64,000 nt of DNA from Podarcis filfolensis (taxonomy: Eukaryota): the NCBI GenBank assembly GCA_964270895.1, contig OZ185439.1. One strand, given 5' to 3'. Position numbers and translations under genes: made by a program. This document shows, piece after piece, positions 26,201 through 38,700 of this stretch (positions within the stretch are counted from its first letter, which is position 1; each line of letters begins with the position of its first letter). The notes below the pieces were generated by a model. That model was not told the DNA's origin. It did no database searches and saw only the letters and a program-made list of their open reading frames with translations.

Positions 26201-29200
26201 CACCCTGCTCCCTTTCCATTTCATTGTGTGTCTCCTTCTTCACACTCCAAGAACCCTACAGGTGTCTGTATAGTCTACTTAGGAGGGAAACTTGGTTAAG
26301 GTTGAAGAATAATCAAGATAGCCCAGAAGGCTGTGTTAACATAGTAAAATTTAGAAATAAGTGACCGAGTCCCCCAATTAACATTCTTTGTTCCATATAA
26401 ATATGCAGTGATCAATTCCTTTTCCTGTAATTACTATGATTTTATTTGACTGCAGTAGGCGGAGATGAAAAAGGAAGTATCGTTGGTTGGTTTATTTGTG
26501 TTTAAATTTTTATTTTTGCAAAAAGAGACAGCTTTACAGAAATCACTGAAACATGCAAACTCTTCGCATCCATTCACCTTCTAATAGCCACTAGGAACTT
26601 TATTCCTCCTCCAATCCCCATTTTATATGACAGTGTACATTTTATTTTGTTCAGTGCCCCAAAATAACACCACATAGGCTGTTTTGGATCTCCACCCTCA
26701 GAACACAGTTGGAATTATGTTACATCCATTCTATAGGCATTCCAAAAGGGGCCAACTTTGATTTCTAGGAATCTGCAAGATAATCCATTTTGTAATCAAT
26801 CCAGGACATTACATTTAAACACCACAATCAGCCCTGAAAACCAAAGTTCTCAATAGCCCTGCAACACTAGCAGGGTGTGAACCATTCAATGTGACCAAGT
26901 CCTGGCAGTCACTCATAACCAATGCAGTCAAGGATGGGCATCTGGTATCAAGACCTTAAGAGATTTGAGGACTCATCACAAAGCAGAGGTTGAGGGGAGT
27001 TCCATCTCCCTCCTTGGAACAGTAATCAAAGCTTATTTTACACATGTCTTCTGCTCAGAACAGGTCATATTGAACAAGGTGGTTCACATGGTTGAGTCTT
27101 ACAAGCCTGTCATTTCTAGCCCAGTTACCTCACACCATGACCATGGGCTTTGTTCCATTTACATCTGCAATAGTTTCTCCTCCCATTTCATGGGAGACCC
27201 AGTGCCAGTCCTGCAATGCAGCAGAATGGGGCATTTGGTTTCCACTTCGGGCAGCAAAATAAGTTCAGCCAACAGTGGTGAGTCAGCCTGATCAAAGTTT
27301 GGTTTCTCGAGAATCAAGAACCTCTTCAAGACAGTAGCTCAACTGTGCTTGTCTGGCACAGCAAGGTACCAGAATGCTTATGAATGAGGTGCCAAAATTC
27401 AGATAAAGGCTGTACATGTGGTGCCCACAGGGCATAGGTCCATGAAAGACTCCCAACTGCACAAAACATGCCTGTTGAAAGCAGTCAGAAGGGCTTGTTC
27501 TGCTTTAACCCCAGAAACACTGGATAGCCCTTGGCTTTTTGTCACAGTCAGTGTCTCAGCATGGGCCATACTAATCATGAGGGACACAAAGGAGGCAGAT
27601 TATTATCACTATAATGAAGCAGAGAAGCTGCTGGCATCCTTGAGACTGATGTACCTGAGGGAGATCCTGAATGCACCCAACAGCTATACTTTGCTTGGGC
27701 CCAGGTGTAATGTCAAGCTGTCCAATTATATGACCAGATTCCTGAGCCTGATTGCCAAGAGCATGGGGTGGGGTTGCAGGGATCTTTAAGCCACTGGTTT
27801 CTACCATCCTCTCCTTGGCTCCTGGTATTGAGGTAGCTTGATATTCCTAATGTGATCCTCAGAGGCCCTGGCACTTAGACCTTTTGATGCTGAAGCTGGC
27901 TTTCTTCCATGCCCAGTTTTCTACTGAATTCAAGCTCCCTGCCCTGCAATTATTTTACTTGGAAGGCAAGAGGAAGCAACTCAGGGCTCAAGTACTCTGA
28001 GCTCCAGAGGACACTGACCTCAAGGAGAACCTGAGTGTGACATGTTTTCTACAACATGGACTAGTTGTGCATTATGTGCCAGAGACTCAACTATACGTAG
28101 GTAAAAGGGACTATCTCAGCTACCAAGTATCCATCCTCATACTCCATATCTCTCTGAATCAATTTGAAGGCTCACTCCACACTAGATTCATAACATGCAC
28201 CTTCCCCCACCCCCGGCCTGGCAAAAAATCCCCTCCTTATGTATGTATCTACTCACCAAGACCATTTTAACATTCACCCCAATCCTATGAACCTCTCAGT
28301 ATTGTAGAAGTCTTTCCTCAACAGACTATTTCTGCCTCAGGACTGCTGACAGCTGGTGCACTCACATTACTGATTGGCACACTTCTTCGCACTGTAATTC
28401 CATCCCCCAAACCCACTTACATTCCCCTCAAAAGATGCATGCACTGCAAGCTTCTGTGATCGGCTTGTAAGTCTTGTGGCTATGCATTCCAGCCTAAACC
28501 AAACAACAGTCTAAAACCACTTCATCACGTGAGAATTAGCACACCTTCCCAATTGACCTTGGGCACAAGAGTCAATTTTCACATACGGTTGCCCTGTCCT
28601 GAATTGCAGGTGAGAGGGTTGCAAGAGCCACAATTAACTGTCCTTACCAACTCGGTAGGCAGAGTGGAGGTGATGCACGCCTTGATTGCCTGCAGGCTGG
28701 CTGTGCTGCTCATCCTCCGAAGGAAAGCCGCCTGTGACAAGGGAGCTGGGCTGAGAAGATAGACTCGTCAAGGAAGTCCCTTGAATCGCTGGGAATGTAG
28801 ACCCTGCATGAACACTTCCTACTGGAGAAAACAAACAACAGTATAAAGGGGAGGGGGGGAATATTGGCATCAAACAGCTATAGCACTTCAGCCAACTACG
28901 TCCTGCCCCAAACTGTATCATATACCTGTGGGGTTAATATTAACTCTGGTAGTAACACGGTAGACAGAGGAAACATAAGCAAGTAGACCCAGAAGTACAT
29001 GTCCTAGAAAATCTAAAGAAGGCTCACTTGTTTGCCTTCTCTGTGAGCAGGCTTTATAATGTAGTTCCCAAGAGCCAAACCTTATTACAGCATCGTGTCC
29101 CTTTGCAGACAATGGGAAGCCAGCAAGTAATGTATCAGGACAGTCTTTACACCAACAGCAGAATAATTGGGGAAGATGAAATAAGCGACACCAACTGTTT

Positions 29201-29719
29201 GGGACCCTGGGACACAATTGGATTTTTATGGGAGTATTCTGCAGGCACTGATCCCTCTGTTTCTCCCCACCCCACCAGACAGAAAACATGTGCACACTTG
29301 GACACACACGTAATGTCACTTTTCCAACGAGTCTTTCTAAGCAAAAGTTAGATCCAGCAGAACTGAAATAGATCGCCTTTAATTTGCATGATTTTACACA
29401 GGGCCTCTGAACAATCACTATTGAATTAAAGCTTATACTGGTAGACTACACAGTCAAAAATCTCAGAGCCAGTGCTTGCTAGTAACACAAAAACATTGAT
29501 CCTCATGGATCTAGCATAGGTTGACAAATCACACAGGTGACCTATGATTTCAAGGTGGCTATGGAAAATTATGAGGGTCCATAAGGATCCACCCCTTAAG
29601 ATTCATATTTTTATGCCATGGCAGCTTTAGAAAATACCACAAGTGATTTTTATAGTTCAGTCGAGGTGATTTGATGAGGGGAGCCCCCCCCTTAAAAAAA
29701 TTATGTGATTTCAATACGA

Positions 29720-29765
<46 letters not shown>

Positions 29766-32700
29766 TTATTATTATTATATTTTTTTACTGCATTCACCTT
29801 GGCTGCACATTTGCCTTCCCTCCCTGGCACTCCATTCTCTTGCTCCTGACTCCTGTGATGCCTCACTTCTTCCCTGCAGGCTACTCCCATTTTCTACTGC
29901 CCAGTCTCTCAGACTAATGCCCTTTCCCTCCTACCCTCTCAGTCACTCTGCTTGCCAATCAGCTGCTGATCCAAGCCTTGGAAAATATAGAACTGAAAGA
30001 GAACCACTCTTCCAACTTCTTCCTACAACTCCATGCACTTTGAGGGGGGGGAGCTAGCAGTCAGGGGACAGTAAGTGGGTGAAGGGGACACTGAGTCTAC
30101 ACCAAGAGACTTTCTTACAGGGGTCATTGCACCCACAGGCCAACCACCCCTTTCTTTAGATGTGCAATTTTATGACACAATCTTTGGAAACCTAGTAATA
30201 GCTATACCATGTTTGGTAGACCAACATCCCACCTGCTACAGACCACTGCAGGTCAATTTTAAGAAAGTCCCACTTAAAGCTGTTTACTCCCAAGCCTGAG
30301 AAGTTTTAAGGATTCATGGAGGGCTCTTTCTCATTCGTAGCCTAAGGATTCTACCTAATAGTCGCTGAAGCTTTCATAATTTCCTAAGAGGATAAAGGAA
30401 TTGTGCTGGCAGTATGTTTTCATTTTAAACATGGTATATATGGTTGTTGTTTTTTAAAGCATAAATAAAACCCTTAACAAATTTTTAAAATGTTGTATGC
30501 ACCCAGAGGTTGCATTGTAGAGGCGCAGAGACCAGTTCTGCCCCCCCCACAAGCCTGCAAGGAAACCTAACAGAAAAAGTCACTTGTGTTCATCTTGCCA
30601 TCTTCCTTCCTCATATGCTTCAGAACAATATGAAGGTTTATGACATCATGACTAGGGATTCTGTTGAGGCCGATTTCCTCTTGCACATAAGTCAGACACC
30701 TACATGTCTCATGGTTCACAGTAGCACAACAAAGCACCCCTATTCCTGTGTCACAGTAGGTGAGCTCCATAAGCCTCAGCAAAACTAGAACCACCATTCA
30801 GCTAGGACGCTACACAAGACACAGCAAGACTGAAATACTCACTTGCTACATTGGAAGACAGAGACAGCCCAGTCTCGGCATGGTATGGATGCACAGCGAT
30901 CTGCGTCATGGATGGGACAGGCACTCCCGGGAAGGACACTGCTGTAGCTGCCAAAGATGGGGTAGTGACCGAGTATGGGTACTGTGCTCCAATGAATGCT
31001 GGGTGGACACCCTGCAAAGGAAGAGGACAGGGTAACCCTGCCTTGCGCCCAAAACACAAGGCAGGGTTTTTCAGGAGGGGCCTCCAAGCAACCCAACTAT
31101 CTAGTACCGAAAACTCCATTCCCAACCCAACTCCTGAAAGCCTAGAACCCTCACCGTGCTCACTGGGCCATTCTAAGCAGAATTCTTCCAAGGAGGAGGA
31201 ATGTGACGGGAGACAAAACAGCCACTATGCCTATCTTAGGCATTCTCCCCATCCCCATAAACTGGCATGAGAAAATGTAAGGTTTATCAGTAAATACTAA
31301 CAATTTGTAAATTAGTACAAATTTAATAATTCTGACACAAACAGGGAGAGCAACGATGAGATATATACCCACAAAAAAATGCATCTTTATACAAAGATTC
31401 GGACTTTTGGTCCCTCTAACCCATTACTGCCCCTAACTAGAAGTGACTCTAAGGGCTTGGACAGGGGCTTTTCCCAGCTGCCATTTGCATGCACAGGGTC
31501 CCAAGTTTCGTCCTTGGCACATCCTAGTGCTGTGCTTTCACCCTTTTCGTTATGGTCCCACACTGAAACCAGCAAAACTAAATAATCCGGCTTGCCATCC
31601 TTCTATTCACCTAAGCCACAATGCTAGGGAGAACAGAAAGAGATATTCCCCCCGAGATGCTTACCCTACAAAAGATAACTTACTTGGGGATAAGCTGAGC
31701 CAGGAACAGGAAAGACCGCTGGACGTGGCATGTGCTGGATAGGGTGCCCGATATACTGAGGGTTGCAAGGGATGTGGGTCTGGAGTGTTGTATAAGGGTG
31801 CAGACCCTGGGTGTGCGCATGTGCCATTGCTGGCCCCGCCATGGTGTGCTGCTGGTAGATTGTCGACCCCACCGAAATTACGGGCACCACCGTTGCTGCT
31901 GCTGTCACCGCAGCCGCGACAGTCACTGTGGTGGGTTCTGACGTCACTCTGGTATCTGCCAGTCCACGCACTGCTTCGCAGGATGCCCGGGCTCCACTTG
32001 CACTGCAGCCTGTGGCTCCCTCTCTCTGAGCAAGAGTTCCGCCAACAGTTTGTTCGTACAACCAGTACCACTGGTGAGCAACTTCAAACAGGACTTCAGG
32101 GTAAACACCACCTCCTTTGGCTGCCTCCTCTACGGCCAAGCATGCCTTCTCCAGCATTAGATTATCCTGCAATATTAGGAAAGGTACTGATGATTTAAGG
32201 TGTTTTATACTGCCCTTTGCAATTTACAATTAAAGTGTAATTGCAATCAAGCTAATAGCTCTGAACCAAACAGTCAACCTTATAGAATTCTACCTAAAGA
32301 GAGCCAGTGTGGTGTAGTGGTTAAGAGCGGTAGTCACGTAATCTGGGGAACCGGGTTCGCGTCTCCGCTCCTCCACATGCAGCTGCTGGGTGACCTTGGG
32401 CCAGTCACACTTCTCTGAAGTCTCTCAGCCCCACTCACCCCACAGAGTGTTTGTTGTGGGGGAGGAAGGGAAAGGAGAATGTTAGCCGCTTTGAGACTCC
32501 TGAAGGGGAGTGAAAGGCGGGATATCAAATCCAAACTCTTCTTCTTCTCTTCTTGGTAAAATAAAATAAAAAAGACTCTGCCTGGGACAAAAACGGCATT
32601 AAGACAGGCATCAACCAACCCTGTCTGGAAAGAGCATTCTACAAGTGTGATGCCACATCAAGAAGGGTCCCTCTTTGATAGCCACCCACATCTCTCCGGG

Positions 32701-35700
32701 TGGCATCTGCAGGAGCATGGGTGTCTGCAGGGAGGAGTCATATTTCTTGTATCTCCAGCTTTTATTTAAAAACAAAACCCTCCAGCACTTGCAGAACCCA
32801 AGTTATGAGGTAGAATGTGCATGCACTCTCCTGTGGGAAACTAACTTGCTCCTGCCTTTCAGTGGCTTTTAGCCAATGAGTGTCATAGCTGTCTGATATT
32901 TAAGAAAGCAGACCTAACCAAGTAGACAAATAGAAGGGTAGAATGACATGTCCCATATATGTCTATATAGAAAGATCTTGTTCCTTTTTAAGTCTTTCCT
33001 GCTGGCCTTCAGATATCCGGGATTGTACTGTAACTGTGAGTTGGTAAAAGGTAAGCAGGAGCAAAAAAATAACAGCAAAGATGGAGGTTCATGTTTTTCT
33101 CTCTCTAATCTTATTTCATAGAAACAAAAAACAAAAAAACCAGTGATTTCACCCCTGAGTTTGTAAACATTTTTTTAAAAAAAATGCAGATAAAATCTAT
33201 CCCTATTATACCCATGTGGCTAGGAGTGTGTTATTTATTTATTTGATTTAGTACAAAACATCACTAGGTGGCTGACATACCAGCCCTGCAAGGTAACCCA
33301 ATTATACCCATCTTGTTGGCATGTGAGTGTGTGAATGACAACCTTAAAGTGTAACCTAGTGTTTTATCCTAGAATTGGGATTTTTTTTTGGGGGGGAGGC
33401 AAAATGTGATGTGTGAAGTTGATTGTGGAAGCAGTGCAATTAATGGCTGACGTGGGTGCAGAGAGCCAATTGAAAGGACTGAGGTTTTTAGGTGCGAGTG
33501 ACAGTGGCAGCGTATGTCATCTGGGTGCCAAGTCAATAAGTCAATGAACAGCATGAAAAGCAACAGAGAGGTAAGACCTGTTCTGCTAATTTCTAAGAGG
33601 CCAGGTCTCTCCAGGTCTCATCACCAGTCAGCAGATCTACCAGAAATGGAAAACTAGCTCCCTGGTGCTAGTTATTTATATCAATGTATTAGGAATATGC
33701 ACTTTTCACCCTCCCCAAGAAAAATCCCTGCAGATGCCTATGCACAGGAGGCCTGTTACAATAGCTAGGTGCATATGGCTGCATTATAAAGCAGAAAGAC
33801 CTATAAAGTGTAAGGTCCATATTTCATTAACGGCCAAATTCTAATACAGAAAATATTGGATGAGTGTATGGAGAAAATATAAGGGCACCCATATAAGAAA
33901 TGTAGTGGATCAAAATAAATTTATTTTACTTTGGAATACCACAAAATAACTTATAGTAGTGGCAGTTATTTAAGTTGTTCCTTTGGAGCTTTTGGAGATA
34001 AACTCCTGACTTTAAAAATCTAAAACATTTATCTCTCTAGCATTTTGGGGGTCCAGTTTTTTTATATAATTTTTTTTAAGACCTCAGACAAAACACTAAA
34101 TGCAAACACTAAAAGACTGCAACACTAAATGCAAAAAGAAGGAACAGACGAACCCAATTGCACTTGACAGAATCGACAGAGACCTCTGAACTGCTCACCT
34201 GCTCCTTGCACTGGACCAGGGCTCTCTGGATCTCGTTTGGGTTCAAGGCATGGGCATGTGGCAAGCAGCTCAATGCCAGCTCAGCGGCTGCTCGCACCAT
34301 GTTGGAATCCCTAGCTCTGGAAGCCCTGTCAGCCAGGGACGCTACCTCCGGAGGGGTCAGGTGCCCATCCCAGCACTCCACCAGGATGTTCAAGGCTGCA
34401 CTGCCAATCTCCATGGCTTGCCCTAGAAACCAGGGAAAAGAGGATGCACAACAAACTATTCAGGTGTCTACAAGACTCAATACACGTATTATGGCATAGG
34501 CTTTCATGGATGAGAGTGCAATATCCTGAATTGGCAGGTACACACATGGAAGTGGGGGTTGTAAGCAGTGCGGCTAGAGAGAAATGCAATGCAATAAACA
34601 CAGGCTGCGACAAATAAATTAAAGCTTAGATGTATATTAAGGTCACTACAGCAAGCACTCATAAAGCAGTGCTGGTAATATAAATATCCTGGCATTGGTA
34701 AGCTAACCAAAAGAGACCCTTTCAGCAATAAACTCCTTATATAGAGGAGCCTCAATATTCTGTAGGTGACTTCTGGTCTCCAGTTGTCAGGAGCCTGCCT
34801 CTGCAAAAAGGAAAACCCATTTGCAGTAGTGCAAGTGGTTCTACCAGAGCTCCCTTCTATATTAGTTTTTCCCATCTATGATGCTTACCTTTATGCTACT
34901 AGTGGAAAAGCAAGCACTCTGCTAGATTTGAGTTTTGTAAGCTCTGTGAACAGAGTGAAACACAGATCTTAACACTATTAATAGGGGCAAATATTTATTT
35001 ATGATGTGCAAAGTAAGTTACAATATTTACCTTGTTTGCCTTTGCAGCTTCCCAGGTTCCCAACTTCATCAAATTTCCAAGTTTGCAACTGGGAAACTGA
35101 AAATGCGACTTGCCCAGACCATTGCTGGGATCTGAACTCAAAGGTCTCCCAAGTACTCAGCCAAACATCTACCTACTGAACCCTGGGCTCTGAATGTGGT
35201 GCCCCATAGGCGCAATGGCACCAATGAACGCCTCTCCAAACACCCATGAAACCTCTTCCCCCACTGCTCCCCTTCACCAGGAGTTGTCTTTTTCCTCCTG
35301 TTTGCAGTGATCTGAAGAGATCTGAGAGAGGAAGTGGGTGAAGCATTGCTCCTTTCTACTTCCTCTTACAAATTCTCTTGCTCGCTAGGCTGATCTTGCC
35401 ACCCAAGCAAAAAGCAGAGCAACCTGGAGGGAAGACAGGAAAGCATTCTGAAAGGAAAAACGAAGCGGCAAGATACTGGGCTGCTTCCCAGAGGCCACAG
35501 CAGACATTTTGTGACTGGCAAAGCTCTCCGTGTCAGCAATTTTGTGGTGGCACCTACAACCATTTGTGGAAACTCCATATGTATCTCTGGGCGCAGAAAG
35601 GTTGGAAGCTCCTGTGCTGGACCATCAAGGCTTCTAAACTCATATTTCATATTTCATTCTTACCTAGTTAAAGCCACATATGGATTTCTCGCTCCTATGT

Positions 35701-38700
35701 ACAAAGACCCCCTTTCGAAATGCCGACAAAGGGAACAAAAGCAGGGAAGAGGAAGGGTGAAGGCAACACAATATAGAGATGTAAGAGAAACCTGTATCCT
35801 TGTGAGATTAAGCACTTTTTATATATATAAAAAAGTCAAGACAAAGTTAAACCTAAAAGAAAGTTGATGCATCCAAATTCAGGAAAGCCAGAATTAAATT
35901 GCCTTTTACTCCTGAGTTTCTTGGGATGGCTCTGGGCAAGCTGCATGTCTCTCCCTGGCTAATTAACCCCACAGCAGATAAAATAATACATTTATATATA
36001 AAATCTATGAGTTTTGTAGTAGCGCTTGGAAACTTCCTTTCATGTTAGTGTCATAAAGCAAAGGACACCGAAGACATTTGCTAAAGGGCTACAGATGTAA
36101 CTCTTTTGAACAGGGGTGGGGAACCTCCAGTTCACTGGCCAAATTAGGTCTCGCATATAGATCCCAATCTGCCCCACAAGGCCATTCCCCCCCAAAACCC
36201 ATGTTCACCTGCACCACACCTGACAGCATCAGTGATGTCAGTTGTGGGGAAGTTAGAGACACAACTGCAAACTGACTGGCTTAAAGTGCAGTCCTGATTG
36301 TTCTTTGGCAAGCAAGGCTTGGTGTCAATCAACAGCAATCAACTGTGGCAACCTGATCCCTCCTGGCACCATTATTCTATGGTCAAGCATTACCCAGAGG
36401 CTTCCCAAACTGTAAACTCAGCTATACAGATTGTGCTAGCAAATTTAGCCATGAGTTCTTAAAAGTTAGTAGCTAAGTAAGGTCACCCTCTGGGGAAGGA
36501 TTCCTAAAAACCAAACCTGGTTCCTACCTGTAATCCAAGAGACGTGGGAGGAATAGGTTCGAGACAGCCAGTTGGGAGAGACAAAGTTGTGCAACCCCAG
36601 TGCATAGAGACCAATCTCGAAGGCGCAGAGGTGGAGGTTGCGATGAGGACCCTGGTGGCCGCCACTAGAGGATGGGTGGGTGAAAATGGAAGTACTGCTG
36701 TTTCCACCCGCCTTGATGAGAACTGTCTTGGCCAGCTCAAAATAGAAATGTGCAGCTGCTTCCGAGGGCTGATTTGGGACATGAGGAGCATGGCTCTCTG
36801 GACGCCTGCCCTTATACCTGAAAGGAACAAAGTGAAATATATAGGAAGTGAACTTAAAACTTGCACACCCACCATAGAAAGGAAGCTCAGATAAGGCATC
36901 ATATTGAGGGTTTTCCAAAAGATAAAATGTTCAGACTTTGCACTCTCCAGAGAAGAAACTCTGCAAGAACTGGGCCACTACTGAGAATACTTCACTATTT
37001 GCTCTTGTCATATGACCCCAGGGATCAAAGGAGCACTCGTTTAATTTATAATTTCAAAATGAGTGCGACCAAAAAAGTAATAGTGAGTTCACCTGCTGAA
37101 TTTCTAGGTCTATTTCTGCCTGGCTCTCCCATTGAGACTCCCAACTTATTATTATATTACCCTTCATCCAAGCAGTTCAGAACATAAAAATACAAAATGA
37201 GAGCACAAAATACATAATAAAACAAAAACGAAATGAATAACAGTAACCCCCATTCCTCAAACACATTTAAAAGGCCATAGAATCTTAATCAGCCAAATGC
37301 CTGGTTGAAGAGGAACGTTTTCACCAGGGACCTAAAGATATGTAACAAAGGCCCCAGGTGAGCCTCCCTGGAGATCCCATCTCCATTCAGCTACCCCAAG
37401 AAAATATTTGAGGGGACCAACCCCCCCAAAGTTGGTGGGAATTGCTGCCCCCCCAAAAAAATTTTATTCACCTTGGTGCCCCTGCACACAAAGATTATGA
37501 TTGCAGGGTCTGGGTGAAAAGCCTCCTTGTGATATATTTCTAATGAAGATAACCTTTTATTTTATTTTATTAAATATACTGCCCTTCATCCAACAATGTC
37601 ATCCTTGGGAGATCCAAATACTGAAAAGATGCACAACTTTGGAAAACAGACAGTGGCTCTTACCTGCCGACCTCCACCGTCTTTGCACGTGCTCCTCCAC
37701 TAGCTCTCCTGCTTCCACTGGAGGATGAGGAGCCCAGGGAGTCGCTGGAAGAGCTACTGATGCTATCGCTGTCCTGCCCTCTGCCCCAGGAAGTGGCTGC
37801 CCATCCTCCCCGCAGAGGCCGCCTGCTGAGGGTTGGAGAACTGTCCGAGGTGGTTTCTGGAGCACTGCTGTCAATGCTGGCCATTCCTGCAACACCACAG
37901 TCAAAGGGCACAGCAGCAGGTGAGCAGGTCGGCAGTACACAAAACCACAGTTTTACAACAGGGAACATTCTTCTCCCCACCCCCATCCCACCCCAAAAAA
38001 CAAGCTGAAACATTTCAAGTAAGTCAGAACCTAGAGATGTAAGCTGACCAGAAAAGCTAGAGAGCTGATATACCAAAATCTCAGAAGTCACTAATTCAAA
38101 CTTATATGAGCCATGAACCTACTAGGTGAGGATACTATCTTACTTTGCAGCTGTGTTGGGGATTACTGAAAATGTGGTGGAATTGAGTATCTTTTCAGTG
38201 AGCCAGAACAAATCTTTAAAGCTTAAACAGCCTGGGCCATGTTAAGAACTGTTCTCTCCCTTTTGTCAGCTGAGATAATCTTCAGAGGCCCTTCACCATC
38301 CCACCTTCAGAAATTAGGCAGGTGCCTACGTTGAGAGAGGACTTTTTTTTTTTAGTTGTACTTGGGCTCTGCAACTCTCCCTAAACACTCATTCACCCAA
38401 AACACTCGTTCACCTTTAGGCAACAGGTGAAGCCTGACTTATTCTCATTGGCCTTGAACAGTATTTAGGTTCTTTTTACTGGTTTTAGCTTGTTCTTGGT
38501 TTCTGCCCTCTTGCTGTTGTATCTTTTGTAATTTCTACTGTTATTTGTATTTGATGTCCACCATTTTTATATGGGTTTGCTTTCAAGCTGCCGTGGGGAC
38601 ACGTTACTTAAATCCACTTCATATTTAAATCTCCTAATATTTAAAAAATCTGTAAGAAGAATACAGAAAAGCAACACTAAAACTATGAAGCAGTATAATT

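Noticed and set aside
29671-30057. Poly-Leu/poly-Tyr ORFs (also 2990..3412)
   Set aside because: Translations of (ATT)n microsatellites
31661-32198. Alternative-frame and antisense ORFs over ZSWIM8 exons (also 30851..31270, 34158..34499, 36544..36894)
   Set aside because: Shadow ORFs of GC-rich coding exons with no independent signal
32303-32375. tRNA gene (also 42040-42111)
   Set aside because: The tRNA-like head continues into a SINE body and tail; no complete cloverleaf or Pol III terminator
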